Shown here: piece by piece, positions 25,406 to 38,574 of the stretch
Numbering within the stretch: position 1 is the first letter of the stretch
Layout of the letters: each line of letters begins with the position of its first letter
Assembly: GCF_006345805.1 (NCBI RefSeq)
Contig: NW_021835450.1
Span: forward strand, 1-44,090
DNA: 44,090 bases
Direction of reading: 5' to 3'
From: Octopus sinensis
Taxonomy: Eukaryota
Program-made: the position numbers and the translations under genes
Notes under the pieces: model-generated
The model's input: the letters and a program-made list of their open reading frames with translations, nothing else
The model's database searches: none
Told to the model about the DNA's origin: nothing

Positions 25406-25520
25406 ATTCTGAAGATACAAATTGGTCAAGATTTCTTCATCAATAAACTGAGTGAAATCAATCTCATCGATTGATTCGCCATCCAATTGCAGGTGAGAGA
25501 TCTTAGCCACAGCATCCAGA
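25406..25520 (-). CDS. LRRC46: LRRC46-like exon 3 (LDAVAKISHLQLDGESIDEIDFTQFIDEEILTNLYLQN)
   Basis: ttttctcgttaaAG acceptor, GTATGT donor, 115 nt, phase 2 to 0. Contains the LRR start LxLD and LYLQN. Confidence 0.9.
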
Positions 25521-25970
25521 CTTTAACGAGAAAAAGAAAAAGAGAGAGGTTTGCAATTAATGGAAAAGCATGAAAGTAAGCAAAAACGTTACGAATAAAT
25601 ACAAAAACAAAAGAAAGAAAGCAAAAATAAAAAAGCTTTATATTGTTCCAGTGGTTTCAGTCATTGGACACTGTGGCCATGCTGGGGCACTGCCTTCTTG
25701 AGTAAGGTCGATAATCTCATTCCTCCAATGTATATATCATGAAGGAACATAGTCTGGAATAAGATTGCGGTTTCAATTCTCAGACTGGGCAGTGGGTTGT
25801 GTTCTTGAGGAAGAAGAGGAAGACAGTGGACAAGAAAGGGGATGATGGAGGAGGAGGGGTAGGGGAGGGAGGGGCGGAGGGGAGGAAGAGGAGGATTGGT
25901 AGAAGAAGAAGAAGAAGAGGAGGAGGAAGAATTGAAAGAATTGGATGAAGAAGAAGATAATGATGATGAT

Positions 25971-26096
25971 GAAGAAGAAGAAGAAGAAGAAGAAGAAGAA
26001 GAAGAAGAAGAAGAAGAAGAAGAAGAAGAAGAAGAAGAAGAAGAAGAAGAAGAAGAAGAAGAAGAAGAAGAAGAAGAAGAAGAAGAAGAAGAAGAA
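25971..26096 (+). repeat. Pure (GAA)42 microsatellite
   Basis: 126 nt of uninterrupted GAA, about 450 nt upstream (in transcript direction) of the exon 3 acceptor. Confidence 0.95.
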
Positions 26097-26357
26097 GGGG
26101 TTTTCAAGTTTGGTACAAGACCATCAAGTTCAGGGATAAGGTTAAGTTGATCACATTCAACCACTTTGCTCAATTGGTCCTTTTTTGTTTTTGACCCCAA
26201 AAGGATGAAAGGCAAAGCCAACCTTGGCAGCATTTGAACTCAGAACATAAATACAGACAAAAAAAAACACTAAGTATTGTGCCCAACATTCTAACAATTC
26301 TACCATTTCTCCGCCTTAACAAACACAACAACACAACAACAACAACAACAACAATAA

Positions 26358-26720
26358 CAGCACTCGAGAGAGCACAAACCTCTGCCAAGGCAACACCAAC
26401 ATCCTCTCAACGATTAGCCAGAAAGGATTTTTAAAATGAGAATATCTTAAATAAACTTCACTGCTTTCACAAACAAGAAAACTAAAAATGAACCCAACTG
26501 CTCTCAAAATTTAAGTAAAAAAAATCGAGTAAATAATCCAGAATCCTTGTCCGGTACCAGATTGATCCCAAAGTCTAATCAATTTGTGCCAGTCATGAGG
26601 CCAAACATCTCTGAAAGTTTCATCCGAATCCATCCAGCAGTTTTTGAGATATCTTCTCCACAGACAGACAAACAAATACGACTGAAAACAATACCTCCGC
26701 TTTTGATAAGGCGGGGTAAT
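26358..26720 (-). mobile_element. Helentron-associated (HINE-like) non-autonomous element
   Basis: Shares about 350 bp with the opposite-orientation copy at 40214-40583. Begins ttattacc...ggcggaggt, has an internal gtttgtct run and ends ctctc..gagtgc. Confidence 0.5.
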
Positions 26721-27837
26721 AATAATAATAATAATAATAATTCCCTAAGCAGTACCAGGCAGTGGCTCTCATGGCTTCTGATCTTAACTGATTGGAAGTG
26801 TTATCATGTACATTGTTTTGTCTTGGTATAAAAGATGGGCTACAACAAATATTCTGCTCAATACCACAGATTTTCTTGTCAGTTGTTTGACATAACCAGT
26901 TGAGCATGTCCCTTAGTGGCTGACAATATGTGCATCTCTGATCACGAGCAGAAGTAGTGGGGGAGCATCATAGCCATGTGTTGAGAGGGATTCTTTGGGG
27001 TTTGAATAATTCACCTCTGGAAACATGGGTGGTTCTTTCAACATCCTTAAACAACCCTTATACAGGGGCCTTTTGAGTGGGATGGGTTACTCGACCAGAA
27101 GAAAATTCTAACTGAGCCCCACCTGCAAGGTCATGCCCTGTTTATCTTGATATGAGATCACCATGCCGCGCACATATGGTTGTGATGCATGTGCCTGGTG
27201 TGCCCTTATCAGACGGGTGGTCATGATGGGTATATTGGGCTTCGTATATTTTACCCCAGTGTCACTTTGATGGCATGAACTGCTCTCTCACTCAATAATA
27301 ATAATAATAATAATAATAGTAATAATAATAATCATCATCATCATCATCGTTTAACGTCCGTTTTTCCATGGTAGCATAATAATTTCTACTATAGGCACAA
27401 GGCCTGAAATTTAGTGGGGGGATGGGGTGAGTCAATTACATCGACTCTAGTCTGTAATTGATACTTAATTTATTGACCCCGAAAGGATGAAAGGCAAAGT
27501 CAACCATAGCAGAATTTGAACTCAGAATGCTAAGCATTTCACTCAGATTCTGCCAGCTTGCCACCTTAATAACAACAACAACAATCCTTTCTACTGAAGG
27601 TACAAGGTCTGAAATTTGAGGGGAGGGGACCAGTTGATTATATCAATCCCAATGTTTCACTGGTACTTAATTTATCGACCCCGAAAGGATGAAAAGCAAA
27701 ATCGACCTTGGCAGAATTTGAACTTCAGAACATAAAGACGGACAAAATGCCACTAACCATTTTGTCCAGCTTGCTAAGAATTGTACCAGATTGCCACAGT
27801 ATAACAATAATAATGATGATGATAATAATAATAATAT

Positions 27838-28220
27838 AGGAGCACTCCGTCGGTTACGACGATGAGGGTCCCAGCTGATACGATCAACGGAAGAGCTTGC
27901 TCATGGAATTAACGTGCAAGTGGCTGAGCATTCCACAGACACGTGTACCCTTAACGTAGTTCTCGAGGAGATTCAGCGTGACATAAAGTGTGACAAGGCC
28001 GGCCCTTTGAAATACAGGTACATCAGAAACAGGAAGTAAGAGTGAGAGAAAGTTGTGGTGAAAGAGTACAGCAGGGATCACCACCATCCCCTGCAGGAGC
28101 CTTGTGAAGCTTTAGGTGTTTTCGCTCAATAAACACTCACAACGCCCGGTCTGGGAATCGAAACCGCGATCCTACGACCGCGAGTCCGCTGCCCTAACCA
28201 CTGGGCCATTGCGCCTCCAC
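27838..28220 (-). mobile_element. Full-length tRNA-derived SINE, same family as 21554-21940, opposite orientation
   Basis: The reverse complement aligns along its whole length with 21554-21940. Inserted in (AAT)n, about 40 nt from the exon 2 donor. Confidence 0.9.
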
Positions 28221-28261
28221 AATAATAATAATAATGATAAGTAAACCATATACTATCTTAC

Positions 28262-28364
28262 ACATCTTTGTCACTCCATTCAGCTGCCTCTCTTGGAAGA
28301 TTCCTTTTTATGATCAACATCATTGAAGGAAGCCATTCTTTCTTGCGCCGCTCCGAATGGTCAA
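28262..28364 (-). CDS. LRRC46: LRRC46-like exon 2 (DHSERRKKEWLPSMMLIIKRNLPREAAEWSDKD)
   Basis: ttctcttctacAG acceptor, GTAAGA donor, 103 nt, phase 1 to 2. LIIKRNL resembles the vertebrate LRRC46 N-terminal LITKRNL motif (recalled, not searched). Confidence 0.85.
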
Positions 28365-28748
28365 CTGTAGAAGAGAAGTAAAGAAAAAGGGGGAGAGAGA
28401 AACAAGAATTAGCTCCTTCAGAAATGGTGTTGTTGTTATGGTGATGGTGGTGATGATAATGGTGATGGTGGTAGTGGGGAGGGTGAGGGTGGTGGTGCAC
28501 AGGTGACTGAAAGTACTCTTTGCTTGGTAGATGACTAAGAATATAATAGGTGAAACAGATATTTTAGGTACAGCGTTATTTCACAGGGTATTTATTTCAG
28601 GTAGGTTTTGTGTCACAGCTCTCATGCTATTTTAGTTGTAACTAACTTCTTCAGAACACCTTCTTTATTGCCCTATTTTGCAACCTGACAAATGATGGGC
28701 TCCGTTTCATTTCATTCATATACATACATACATATCTATCAATCTATA

Positions 28749-28793
<45 letters not shown>

Positions 28794-29104
28794 ATATATA
28801 TATTTATATATATCATCACCATCATTGCCATCATCATCATCGTTCAATGTCCATTTTCCATGCTGGCGAGGGTTGGACCGTTTGACAGGAGTTGGCCTGC
28901 TGAGGAGCTGTCCAAACTCCAGCTGTCTGTTGAGGCATGGTTTCTACAGCTGGATGCCCTTCTTAATGCCAACCACTTAACATAATGTGCTGGCTGGTTT
29001 TTACATACATTTACACAGCACTGGAACCAGAGTATTTTACATGGTACCAGCACCTGTAAAGAACAAGCCTGAGATGTGAAGGACCAGAATTTTACTAAGG
29101 TTTA

Positions 29105-29800
29105 CATGTCTTCTCATGTACAGCAAACCACCACAATTCCCAGTCCCTTTCTATTTCCTCAGTGAGGCCCAGCATCTGAATATCCTTTCTCACTACTTTG
29201 TCCCATGTCTTCCTAGGTCTACTTCTTCCACAGGTTCCCTCCACAATTAGAAATCAGCACCTCTTTAGCCCTTTCATTACCGTATCTCCGTTGAGATGTT
29301 CTCTGTTTCTTTCAATTAATTTTAAATAAAACAAAGAATTTAGTAAAATAACTTGGTTACCATTCAGCTAGTGTTAGGAACATAAATTGTGACTAAGGTT
29401 TGGTGGAAGATTTTAATTCAGAAATTATGAAAACAAGACATTTATACTACAGAGCCAGAGGTAATTTCTGGTGGGTTGGTAATGAAAGGGTTAAGCAGCT
29501 GCCCTTATTCATACAAATCCCATGACAAAACCAGTTCAGTCTTCCCTCTTGCAGCCAACATCTGATGCCTCTTATACCCAGTTTTCCTCTTAAATCATTT
29601 ACTCTCTGCTGTTCATGCACACCAACATTACCCATCCAGTGGAACATGCTAGCTTCATTACTTTCAAGCATTTGAAAGTCTTCTGCAGTCATAGCCCATG
29701 TTTCTCTGCTGTGTAGTAGGACTGTACATGCACAGGCATCATACAATCTACTTTTCCCTCTGAAGGGGAGGCCCTTAGTTAGCAACAGATGCAGAAATAC
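29105..29800 (-). mobile_element. RTE-type LINE 3' remnant
   Basis: KGLP.R.K.RLYDAC...LH..ETWA.T.ED...LE.NEASM..WM.NV...LRGKLGIRGIRC..QE.RL.WF, then IVEGTCGRSRPRKTWDKVV. Confidence 0.85.
29269..29490. mobile_element. piggyBac-type MITE (222 bp) inside the RTE LINE
   Basis: Perfect 13-bp TIRs CCCTTTCATTACC / GGTAATGAAAGGG. Flanks are ttag (29265-29268) and ttaa (29491-29494). Confidence 0.85.
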
Positions 29801-31164
29801 ACTGACACACATATATATTTATATTCTCCTCTTCTAAACAAAGCAAAAAAGCATCCGATTCATATAAATCAACAACAAAACACTCTGTTTAAACCATTTT
29901 GATTTTGTCTTGATGAGTTCAGAAAATGAATGAACACGCTAATAAAGGATTATCCAAAAATATAATAATATATAAATCTATAAACATCATATAAAATATA
30001 TAAATATATAAGAATCAGTGTTGCATATATAACACATTGAATTTACGCTTAAATGTGTGTGTTTATGAGCGAAACACCTCAGCTCCACGCAGCTCAGGAA
30101 GGTAATGGCGAAATTCTGCTGACTCTTTCGTTACAACTTTCTCTCACTCTTGCATCTTGCAGCTCACCTGCGACGGACTGGCATCCAGTCCAGGTGGGGA
30201 ACCTATATGCCAAGGAAACCGGCTCTATGCTCCACAAGGAGCAAAAAGGATTAAGAAGAAGAAGAAGAAGGAGAAGAAGAAGAAGAAGAAGAAGAAGAAG
30301 AAGAAGAAGAAGAAGAAGAATACTATTCCTATGCCCTTGTGGACACCCCAATGCCATTCCAACCCCTCAAAGACAGAACGATATGCTAAGTTTTATGTGC
30401 ATATACATATTCATTTACTTGTTTCACTCATTTGACTACGGCCATGCTAGAGCACCACCTTTAGTTAAACAAATCGACACTAGAACTCATTCTTTGTAAG
30501 CCCAGTACTTATTCTATCAGTTTCTTTTGCCAAACTGCTAATTTACAGGGATGTAAACACACCAACATCGGTTGTCAAGCGATGTTGGTGGGGGACAAAC
30601 ACAGACACACAAACATATGCATATATATATATGATGGGCTTCTTTCAGTTTCCGTCTACCAAATCCACTCACAAACCTTTGCTCAGCCCAAGGCTATAGT
30701 AGAAGACACTTGCCCAAGGTGCCATGCAGTGGGACTGAACCAGGAACGATGTGGTTGGTAAGCAAGCTACTCCTGCATGCATGTATACATTTGTGAAGAC
30801 AGATTTTCTATGGCTGGATGCCCTTCCAGTCACAAACCCTCATCTATTTCCAAGCAAAGCAACATTCCCCAATGGCTGGACATGTTTCCACAGAGAAGAT
30901 TGGAAACAAACAACACAGATGGTGGTGGTGGCGGTGGTGGTGATGGTGGAGTGTGCTGGTAGGATGATGGTGGTAGTAATAGTGGTGGTGGTGCCTTGTG
31001 GTGATGTATGGAAATGGTGCTGGTGGTGTAGAAGCTGCAGCAACAGTAGTAGAGGTAGTAGTTGTAGTGGTGGTGTTGGTGTGCTGTGGTGATGTATGAT
31101 GCTGCTGAGTAGCAGCAGCAGTAGTCATGGCGTTAGAGTAGTTATAGTCGTGGTGGTGGTGGTG

Positions 31165-31222
<58 letters not shown>

Positions 31223-31227
31223 CAGTG

Positions 31228-31258
<31 letters not shown>

Positions 31259-31574
31259 CAGCAGTACTGGAAGGACACACATTGTAATGTCATAAGTAGA
31301 AAAAAGTTTGGGTGGTCAGGGTCTGGTCATGTATGTCCAGCTGGGAGTCAGTACTGTCTTAAAGTAGGGGTCCCACTGTACTGTGGTCCAGCACCCCACA
31401 CCCAGGTCTGAGTGGGTCCAAATCGTAAACTCTGTATGCTGCAGCTGTGAGTGTAGGGGTACCAGTAGAATGTTTTGCTTTGCTCTTGGGTCGGTGGTGG
31501 TGGTGGTTGTGCCGGAGATAGGGGTTAAACAATAACAACCACAATACTTGTGTCTTGGGAGGGTAATAACACCT

Positions 31575-32020
31575 ATTTCTTTACTACCCACAAGGGACTA
31601 AACACGGATTAAGTTGATTATATCGACCCCAGTGCGTAACTGGTACTTATTTAATCGACCCCGAAAGGATGAAAGGCAAAGTCGACCTCGGCGGAATTTG
31701 AACTCAGAACGTAACGGCAGACAAAATGTTGCTAAACATTTCGCCTGGCGTGCTAACGTTTCTGCCAGCTCACCACCTTAACACCTATTTCTTTATTGTC
31801 CACAAGGGGCTAAACATAGAGGGGACAAACGAGGACAGACAAAGGTATTGAGTCGATTACATCGACCCCAGTGCGTAACTGGTACTTAATTTATTGACCC
31901 CGAAAGGATGAAAGGCAAAGTCGACCTTGGCGGAATTCGAACTCAGAACGTAGCAGCAGATGAAATGTTGCTAAACATTTCGCCCGGCGTGCTAACGTTT
32001 CTGCCAGCCCACCACCTTAA
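31575..32020 (-). mobile_element. Two tandem copies of a tRNA-derived SINE (core gcctttcatcctttcggggtcgat...aagtaccag)
   Basis: About 31575-31780 and 31781-32020 are near-duplicates. Other copies at about 19935, 21355, 21941, 26140, 27380 and 27590. Confidence 0.8.
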
Positions 32021-33121
32021 AATCATTAATAACAAACACATGCACTGGTTCAATTTCACTTCTTTATTGCAAGTCAATTGGTTAAATATCTCACCAACTA
32101 ATTAATCAACTGTTTATTTAATTCCTTGTTTCAGTCAGATATATAACTGATCGGCTGTTTTAAAGAAGTGAAATTGGACCAGTGTATGTTGGTTATTCTT
32201 GGCACAATGACCCTCCCAAGATACGGCAACATTTGTTTTCAATGCGCGAATTCAAATCAAGAATCTTGCAAATCAAATACAAAAATCATAACAGAATGAT
32301 TAGAGCATCGAGCTTACGATTGTGAGGTTGTGAGTTCAATTCCCGGACTGGGCTGGGCGTAGTGTTCTTGAGCAAGGCACTTTATTTCACGTTGGTCCAG
32401 TTTATTCAGCTGTAAAAAGGAGTCGTGATGCCACTGGTGCCAAGCTGTATCAGCCCTTGGTTGAGTGAACTGAAGCAACATGAAAAGAAGTGATTTGCTC
32501 AGGAACGCAACACATTGTCTGGTCCAGGAATTGAAACCACAATGTTACGATCAGGAATCTAACACCCTAACCACTAAGCCACCAAGTATAGAAAAGTAGA
32601 CATTAAAACGATGATGGTGATGATGGTGATGATAATAATGAAATACTCACTCACGCAAAAACTACAAAACTATGTACATATAATGAAGATCTATATGGTT
32701 GATATACCCAATAGAAATAGCAACTAAACCACCTTTAAATCATATCCCTTTTTATTAAAATGTGAAGGACATGTTATATAATAATGTCCGAAATGCATTG
32801 TAAAGCATCAGAAAAATAAAAGCAAAATAAAACAGTATGGTCATGTCTGGATTGTATTTCATGTCTCATAGGTAGACCACTGTGAGCTTGATCAACATGC
32901 TAGAAACAGCAGTGAAATCTCTCTCCAAAAATAGTGTCTACCAGTTGAGAAAAAGCAAGGAAGAATAAAATGTAGAGATGTGCCACATTAGATGACATAT
33001 CCCTAGATAGACATAGACAGGATGTTCATAGTAGGAATGCTTTTAGTCATGGTTCTGAGCTCCTGTTCATTCTGAGCTCACCTGCAGGCTAAATAGCAAT
33101 AATAATAATAATAATAATAAC

Positions 33122-33162
<41 letters not shown>

Positions 33163-33550
33163 TAATAGTAATAATGATAATAAAAATACTAATAATAATG
33201 ATGGTGATGATGATGATAATGATGATGATGAAAATATTAATACTAGCATAAATTAATTAGAATATGTACCTACTGGCCTCTCCCTCTCCTCTTTTTCACT
33301 TCCTGTATATACACATGCATACATACATACATGTATGCATACATGCATACATACATACATACAAATCTATAAACACACATACGCACACACTACAACAACA
33401 CACATGCACACACATATATATATATTTATATATATATATGTATGTGTGTGTATACGTAACATATATATATATATGCATTATACATATGTATATATACATT
33501 TACATACATGCACACACACATATATACATTATATTTATATATATATATAC

Positions 33551-33599
<49 letters not shown>

Positions 33600-33637
33600 C
33601 ACACATACAAATATGTACTTACATATACATGTTATGC

Positions 33638-33671
<34 letters not shown>

Positions 33672-34338
33672 TCATATATAAATATTTATATATCATATTT
33701 ACAAAAATATACATGCACTACACATATATATATTTATATCTTTTATACACACACACACACTATACACACCCAATTACATATGTATGAATGTCAGTACATC
33801 TTTTTTATTCCGTTATTTGGACACCAGCCAATGCACATCTATAAATACCAGCCACCCACCACCCCTCTATTATTCCCTTTCCTTATTCAATTCCACTGAT
33901 TCGAGGGTGGGGGGGCGAGGTTCTATTGTACTGTTGTTTTTGTGTTGTTCTAGGGGGGGGGGCTGCTTTGTGCTCATATCCTTTATTTATTTATTTATTT
34001 ATCAATCTATTTTTTTGTTTTTATATATTTATTCATTGCATTACCTGCCTTCCAGACCATAATGAATGTATTTGCATGAAGCTATACGTAGGTGTGTGAA
34101 TGCATGCATACACATACACACACACACATGCACTCATGCACATCCACATATGTATATGCACGCACACACATGCACGTGTGCGCACGCATATATGTATATA
34201 CACTTATATATAATTCTCAATGTCTACCCACCACCCATCTTGAATTCTTTAATTAAGATTAGGTTCCACTTCATAACCAGCCTTTCAAAATACCTGTATA
34301 TGCATGTATGTATGTATGTATGTATGTCTGTATGTATG

Positions 34339-34372
<34 letters not shown>

Positions 34373-34374
34373 TG

Positions 34375-34408
<34 letters not shown>

Positions 34409-34499
34409 TCTATATTTATATAAACACATATATATATTATATATAGAGAGAGAGAGATAGTTATAAGTACATATATGTACACATAAACACATACATACG

Positions 34500-34618
<119 letters not shown>

Positions 34619-34717
34619 GAGAGAGAGAGAGAGATAAATAGATGGATAGATATAAGTACATGTAAATATATACACACATGAATATACACCTACATACATA
34701 CATACACATGCATACAC

Positions 34718-34754
<37 letters not shown>

Positions 34755-34974
34755 TGTGCATTTGTTATCAATTGTTACGCTGTGTCAAGGGATGAGGAAA
34801 CTGTTATTTTATCCTGGGTGAAAAATATTATATTCTTTATTTACACCAAATTCCTTTCTTGCGACTCAAATTTCATGCCTTGGTGATCATTTCATTTGAT
34901 AATCACTGAGTTGGGAAACATGAGTCGCCAGAAAAGAATTCGGTTTGAAGGTTTAAATAACCTTGTGTGTACGA

Positions 34975-35027
<53 letters not shown>

Positions 35028-35392
35028 CATATATACACATACATATATATATATTCAAGTGTGGGTAGCGAGTGAAGTGCTGCCTCCCAGCAATTTTGTC
35101 AAAATTTCTGGATGGGTGAATGTAGCACAAATGGCCCCAAGTGAACATGCTAAGCATGTATGTGTGTCTAGATTGAGGTTAGAGGAAGAGGAGAAGGCAC
35201 CTGCCCTAAAGGTCAGGGTGATCGTGGCTTTTGTGTGGTTTCCATAAGCAGCCGTTTGAGGCCTCCCTCCTTTGGGAATATTCTCTGCATTCATTTTAAT
35301 TGTCTCGTATATACACTGGGTAAACTATTTATAATCCAGGGAAGCAAACCCAGGATTTGTCCATCGGAGGAAATCCATTGGGATTTGCTTAC

Positions 35393-35438
35393 CTGAAGTA
35401 ATCGTAGATATTCCTTGGCATTTGATGTGGTTAGACAT
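35393..35438 (-). CDS. LRRC46: LRRC46-like, probable first coding exon (MSNHIKCQGISTITS + phase 1)
   Basis: ATG at 35438 and 46 nt to a strong CAG|GTAAGC donor. Phase 1 matches the next exon (G+TT = Val). I recognise no homology in this peptide, so support is splice signal and phase only. Confidence 0.55.
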
Positions 35439-36261
35439 AACTTGGATTATGATTGAGTGGTTCGCAGCCATGGCTGATGCCAGAGTTGCATGCCCGGCCT
35501 ATTTAAGAGTACCCTTGAAGCATTGGGCAATATGATATGCTTGAGAAGACTTGTTCAGTCAAGTAAAACCAAAATCAAAGCTGTGGCCAGAGCCCCCTGA
35601 CTGGCTCCCGTTCCGGTGGCACATAAAATGCATAATCCGAACGTGGTCAATGCCAGTGTTGCCTGACTGGCTCCCGTGCTGGTGGCATGTAGAAAGCACC
35701 CACTACACTCTTGGAATGGTTGGCATTAGGAAGGGTATCTAGATGTAGAAACATTGCCAGACCAGACTGGAGCCTGGTGCAGCTGCTGGCTCTCCAGACC
35801 TCAGTCAAACCATCCAACCCATGCCGGCATGGAAAACGGACAATGTATATTATGTATTTTATATATATACACGCACACATGTATATATATATTTATTTAT
35901 TTTGTTTTATGTACTTGTATTTGAATTTTCTAGTAATGCTATATTATAGTTTGTTATTTCTTATATGAGTTAAAATTTATTTTCATAGATAAAATAAATA
36001 TTTATATCTATTTATTCTAGTTTTATTTATACCAAGTTTTTAACAAAATAAATTTTATAAACAATAAGTCCTATGTATTAAGTTTAAAGATTTAGTTAAC
36101 AGAATATATTTGTTAACATATTTCGTGTTTTTATTTTACAATATATTATTGATTTTGTTTGATTTTTATTAAAAAATTACGTATTTTTATATATATATCT
36201 ATATTTTCTTACAAGATAATATGCGTATATTTATTTATTTAATTATTTTGCTTTTATCTTG

Positions 36262-36342
36262 GACCTGATGAGTGACTATATTTAAATTGAATTGATTTTA
36301 CTGTTATCAGTTTGAAAATATAGCCACAAAACACATGTAGTC
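36262..36342 (+). ncRNA. Hammerhead ribozyme with G12-to-A core mutation (probably inactive)
   Basis: gac-CTGATGA-gtgactatattt...aaatatagccac-AAAA-CACATG-TA-gtc. Stems I and II pair, but GAAA reads AAAA. Confidence 0.7.
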
Positions 36343-37523
36343 TTTTTACCAATTATATACTATTTATTTATTATTTATTACTTTGTAGTTTACTTAAATT
36401 TTGGTATATGTTTTATCGTATTTAAAATTTTTTCTATATGGTATGATGTAATTATATCATTGTTGAATTGCTACATGGTGGTTCTTCTCTAATTTATATA
36501 CATATATACATATACATACATATATATGTATATATATTTAAGAATGAGTACATTTAGACGGCTATTTAATAAACACTGTACATGTTCCGATACAACATAG
36601 ATCCACATATACACAGGATTTAAATTAAGCAATGGTTTACCTGTATAATGGGATCCAGTTGTATCTCCTCAGGTGATACATAATCGCTATCCCTGTTAGT
36701 AAATCTTTGACTTTGATGCTAAACATTCTTTCATACATGATGAATACCAAAATCTTGACTTGGAAGTATACTGTAATACTACCGACTATTTGGTAATTCT
36801 AAGGGTGAATGAGCTCTACTTAGCACTGTAATACTTCCCTAATGGAATACACCTTAGATATATACAAGAAAATAATTGAGATTCAGTTGAATTAGGTACT
36901 TAAGTTGAAGCACCAAAAATTAGTGCAGTATTATCTGTACAACTTCAAAGTAAGGTGAATAAAATCAAAATAAGCAACAGGATATCCAGAGGTGATGCAG
37001 TATGACCGTTTCAAGCAGCTCCATTTAATTGAACAATGTAATCATTATATCAATTTAAATGCAGGGCTATCCTCAGCTGCATAAGTAAATAAATAGAATT
37101 TGTTTAATCAGTTGGACACATTAATATAATTTTACTTAAATACTCTAATAGAGTAATAAGACAGACAAAGTCTATGCTGCTACCACATATATGTAATTGT
37201 TAAACAGGACAACAAATGTTAAGGCAAGGCAAACATCTCAACTCATATACATTATTATTATTAGTAAAAAGATTCAAAGTCTAACAGCTGTTTCTGGGGT
37301 ATCCCAGAGTATGGGATATTCCATCATCGGAGACAAACAGGGAAAATGAGAGGATATAGATTAATGAGATGACAACATAGGGGACAGGATTAAAGGAATA
37401 AGGAGATGAAGAAAGAGAAGGAAAAAGAAGCATAAAAGTTCACAGTTCCCCTTTCCAACTTTCGCAAGTAATTCGTTACAGCACACCTAGTCGTTTAGAT
37501 CACCTGTGAACTAAAGCCCTATA

Positions 37524-37556
<33 letters not shown>

Positions 37557-37583
37557 CTTTTATTCTTTTACTTGTTTCAGTCA

Positions 37584-37834
37584 GATAAACATATAACAAT
37601 GATTAAATAATGTGCAAAATAATAAATAAAACATATATATTTGGTAGAATAATGACACGTGTTTCATGGCTATATTTAAGAAATGATAATAGTAAAATCA
37701 CTTCAATATAAATATAGCCACTCTTCAGGTTAAATATAGCCACAAAACACATGTCGTTATTCTACCAAATATATACGTTTTATTGTTTTATTTATTACTT
37801 TGCACATTACTTAATCATTGTTATATGTTTTATC
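37584..37834. repeat. Inverted repeat (about 95-105 bp arms) built from a hammerhead-bearing element
   Basis: 37584-37678 is the approximate reverse complement of 37731-37834. Confidence 0.8.
37651..37731 (-). ncRNA. Hammerhead ribozyme, core intact, first stem I pair mismatched
   Basis: Minus strand reads aac-CTGAAGA-gtggctatattta...taaatatagccat-GAAA-CACGTG-TC-att. Stem III is the palindrome ACACGTGT. Same family as 36262. Confidence 0.75.
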
Positions 37835-38047
37835 TTATATTTAATCTTTCTATAATATGTAATTTTTCTAGATGGTATAATTTAATTTTTCATTATTGAA
37901 TTGATAAAAGATGTTTTTTTTCTAATTTATACACACACACACACACACACATATATATACACACACACACACACACACATATATACACACACACACACAT
38001 ATATATATATTCATTATTGAATTGATAAAAGGTATTTTTTTCTAATT

Positions 38048-38079
<32 letters not shown>

Positions 38080-38084
38080 TACAC

Positions 38085-38115
<31 letters not shown>

Positions 38116-38534
38116 ATAGGCTTCTTTCAGTTTCCGTCAACCAAATCCCCTCACAAGGCTTTGGTCAGCCTGAGGCTGTAGTAACAGACATTTGCCCTAG
38201 GTACCATGCAGTGGGACTGAACCTGGAACCATGTGGTTGGGAAGCAAGTTTCTTACCACAGAGCCACACCTGCCCCTATATATAGATATCGTTGCTATTA
38301 AGCAAAAGTGTTGTAAGTCCAAAACGTTAATTTTTTCCAGAAAATGAAAAAATAGTTTCACCATTTCTTAAACAAAACCGCTGTACTATACTTTAACAAT
38401 TTTTGATATTTTGGCATCTGAAGCAGCTGGAGATACGATAGTTTGACCAAAAGAACTGGCTACTGTAAGCAAAAATGAATATTGAAAACAACATATATTG
38501 TCAAATTTGGACATACAACAGTTTAACATAATAG

Positions 38535-38574
<40 letters not shown>

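Noticed and set aside
33061-33100. Strong minus-strand donor GCAG|GTGAGC in intron 1
   Set aside because: The upstream sequence is (TTA)n giving poly-Leu, there is no acceptor, and it resembles a repeat end.
37300-37520. Possible promoter with an RFX/X-box half-site (atgacaac)
   Set aside because: Half-site only, and no TSS evidence in the sequence.
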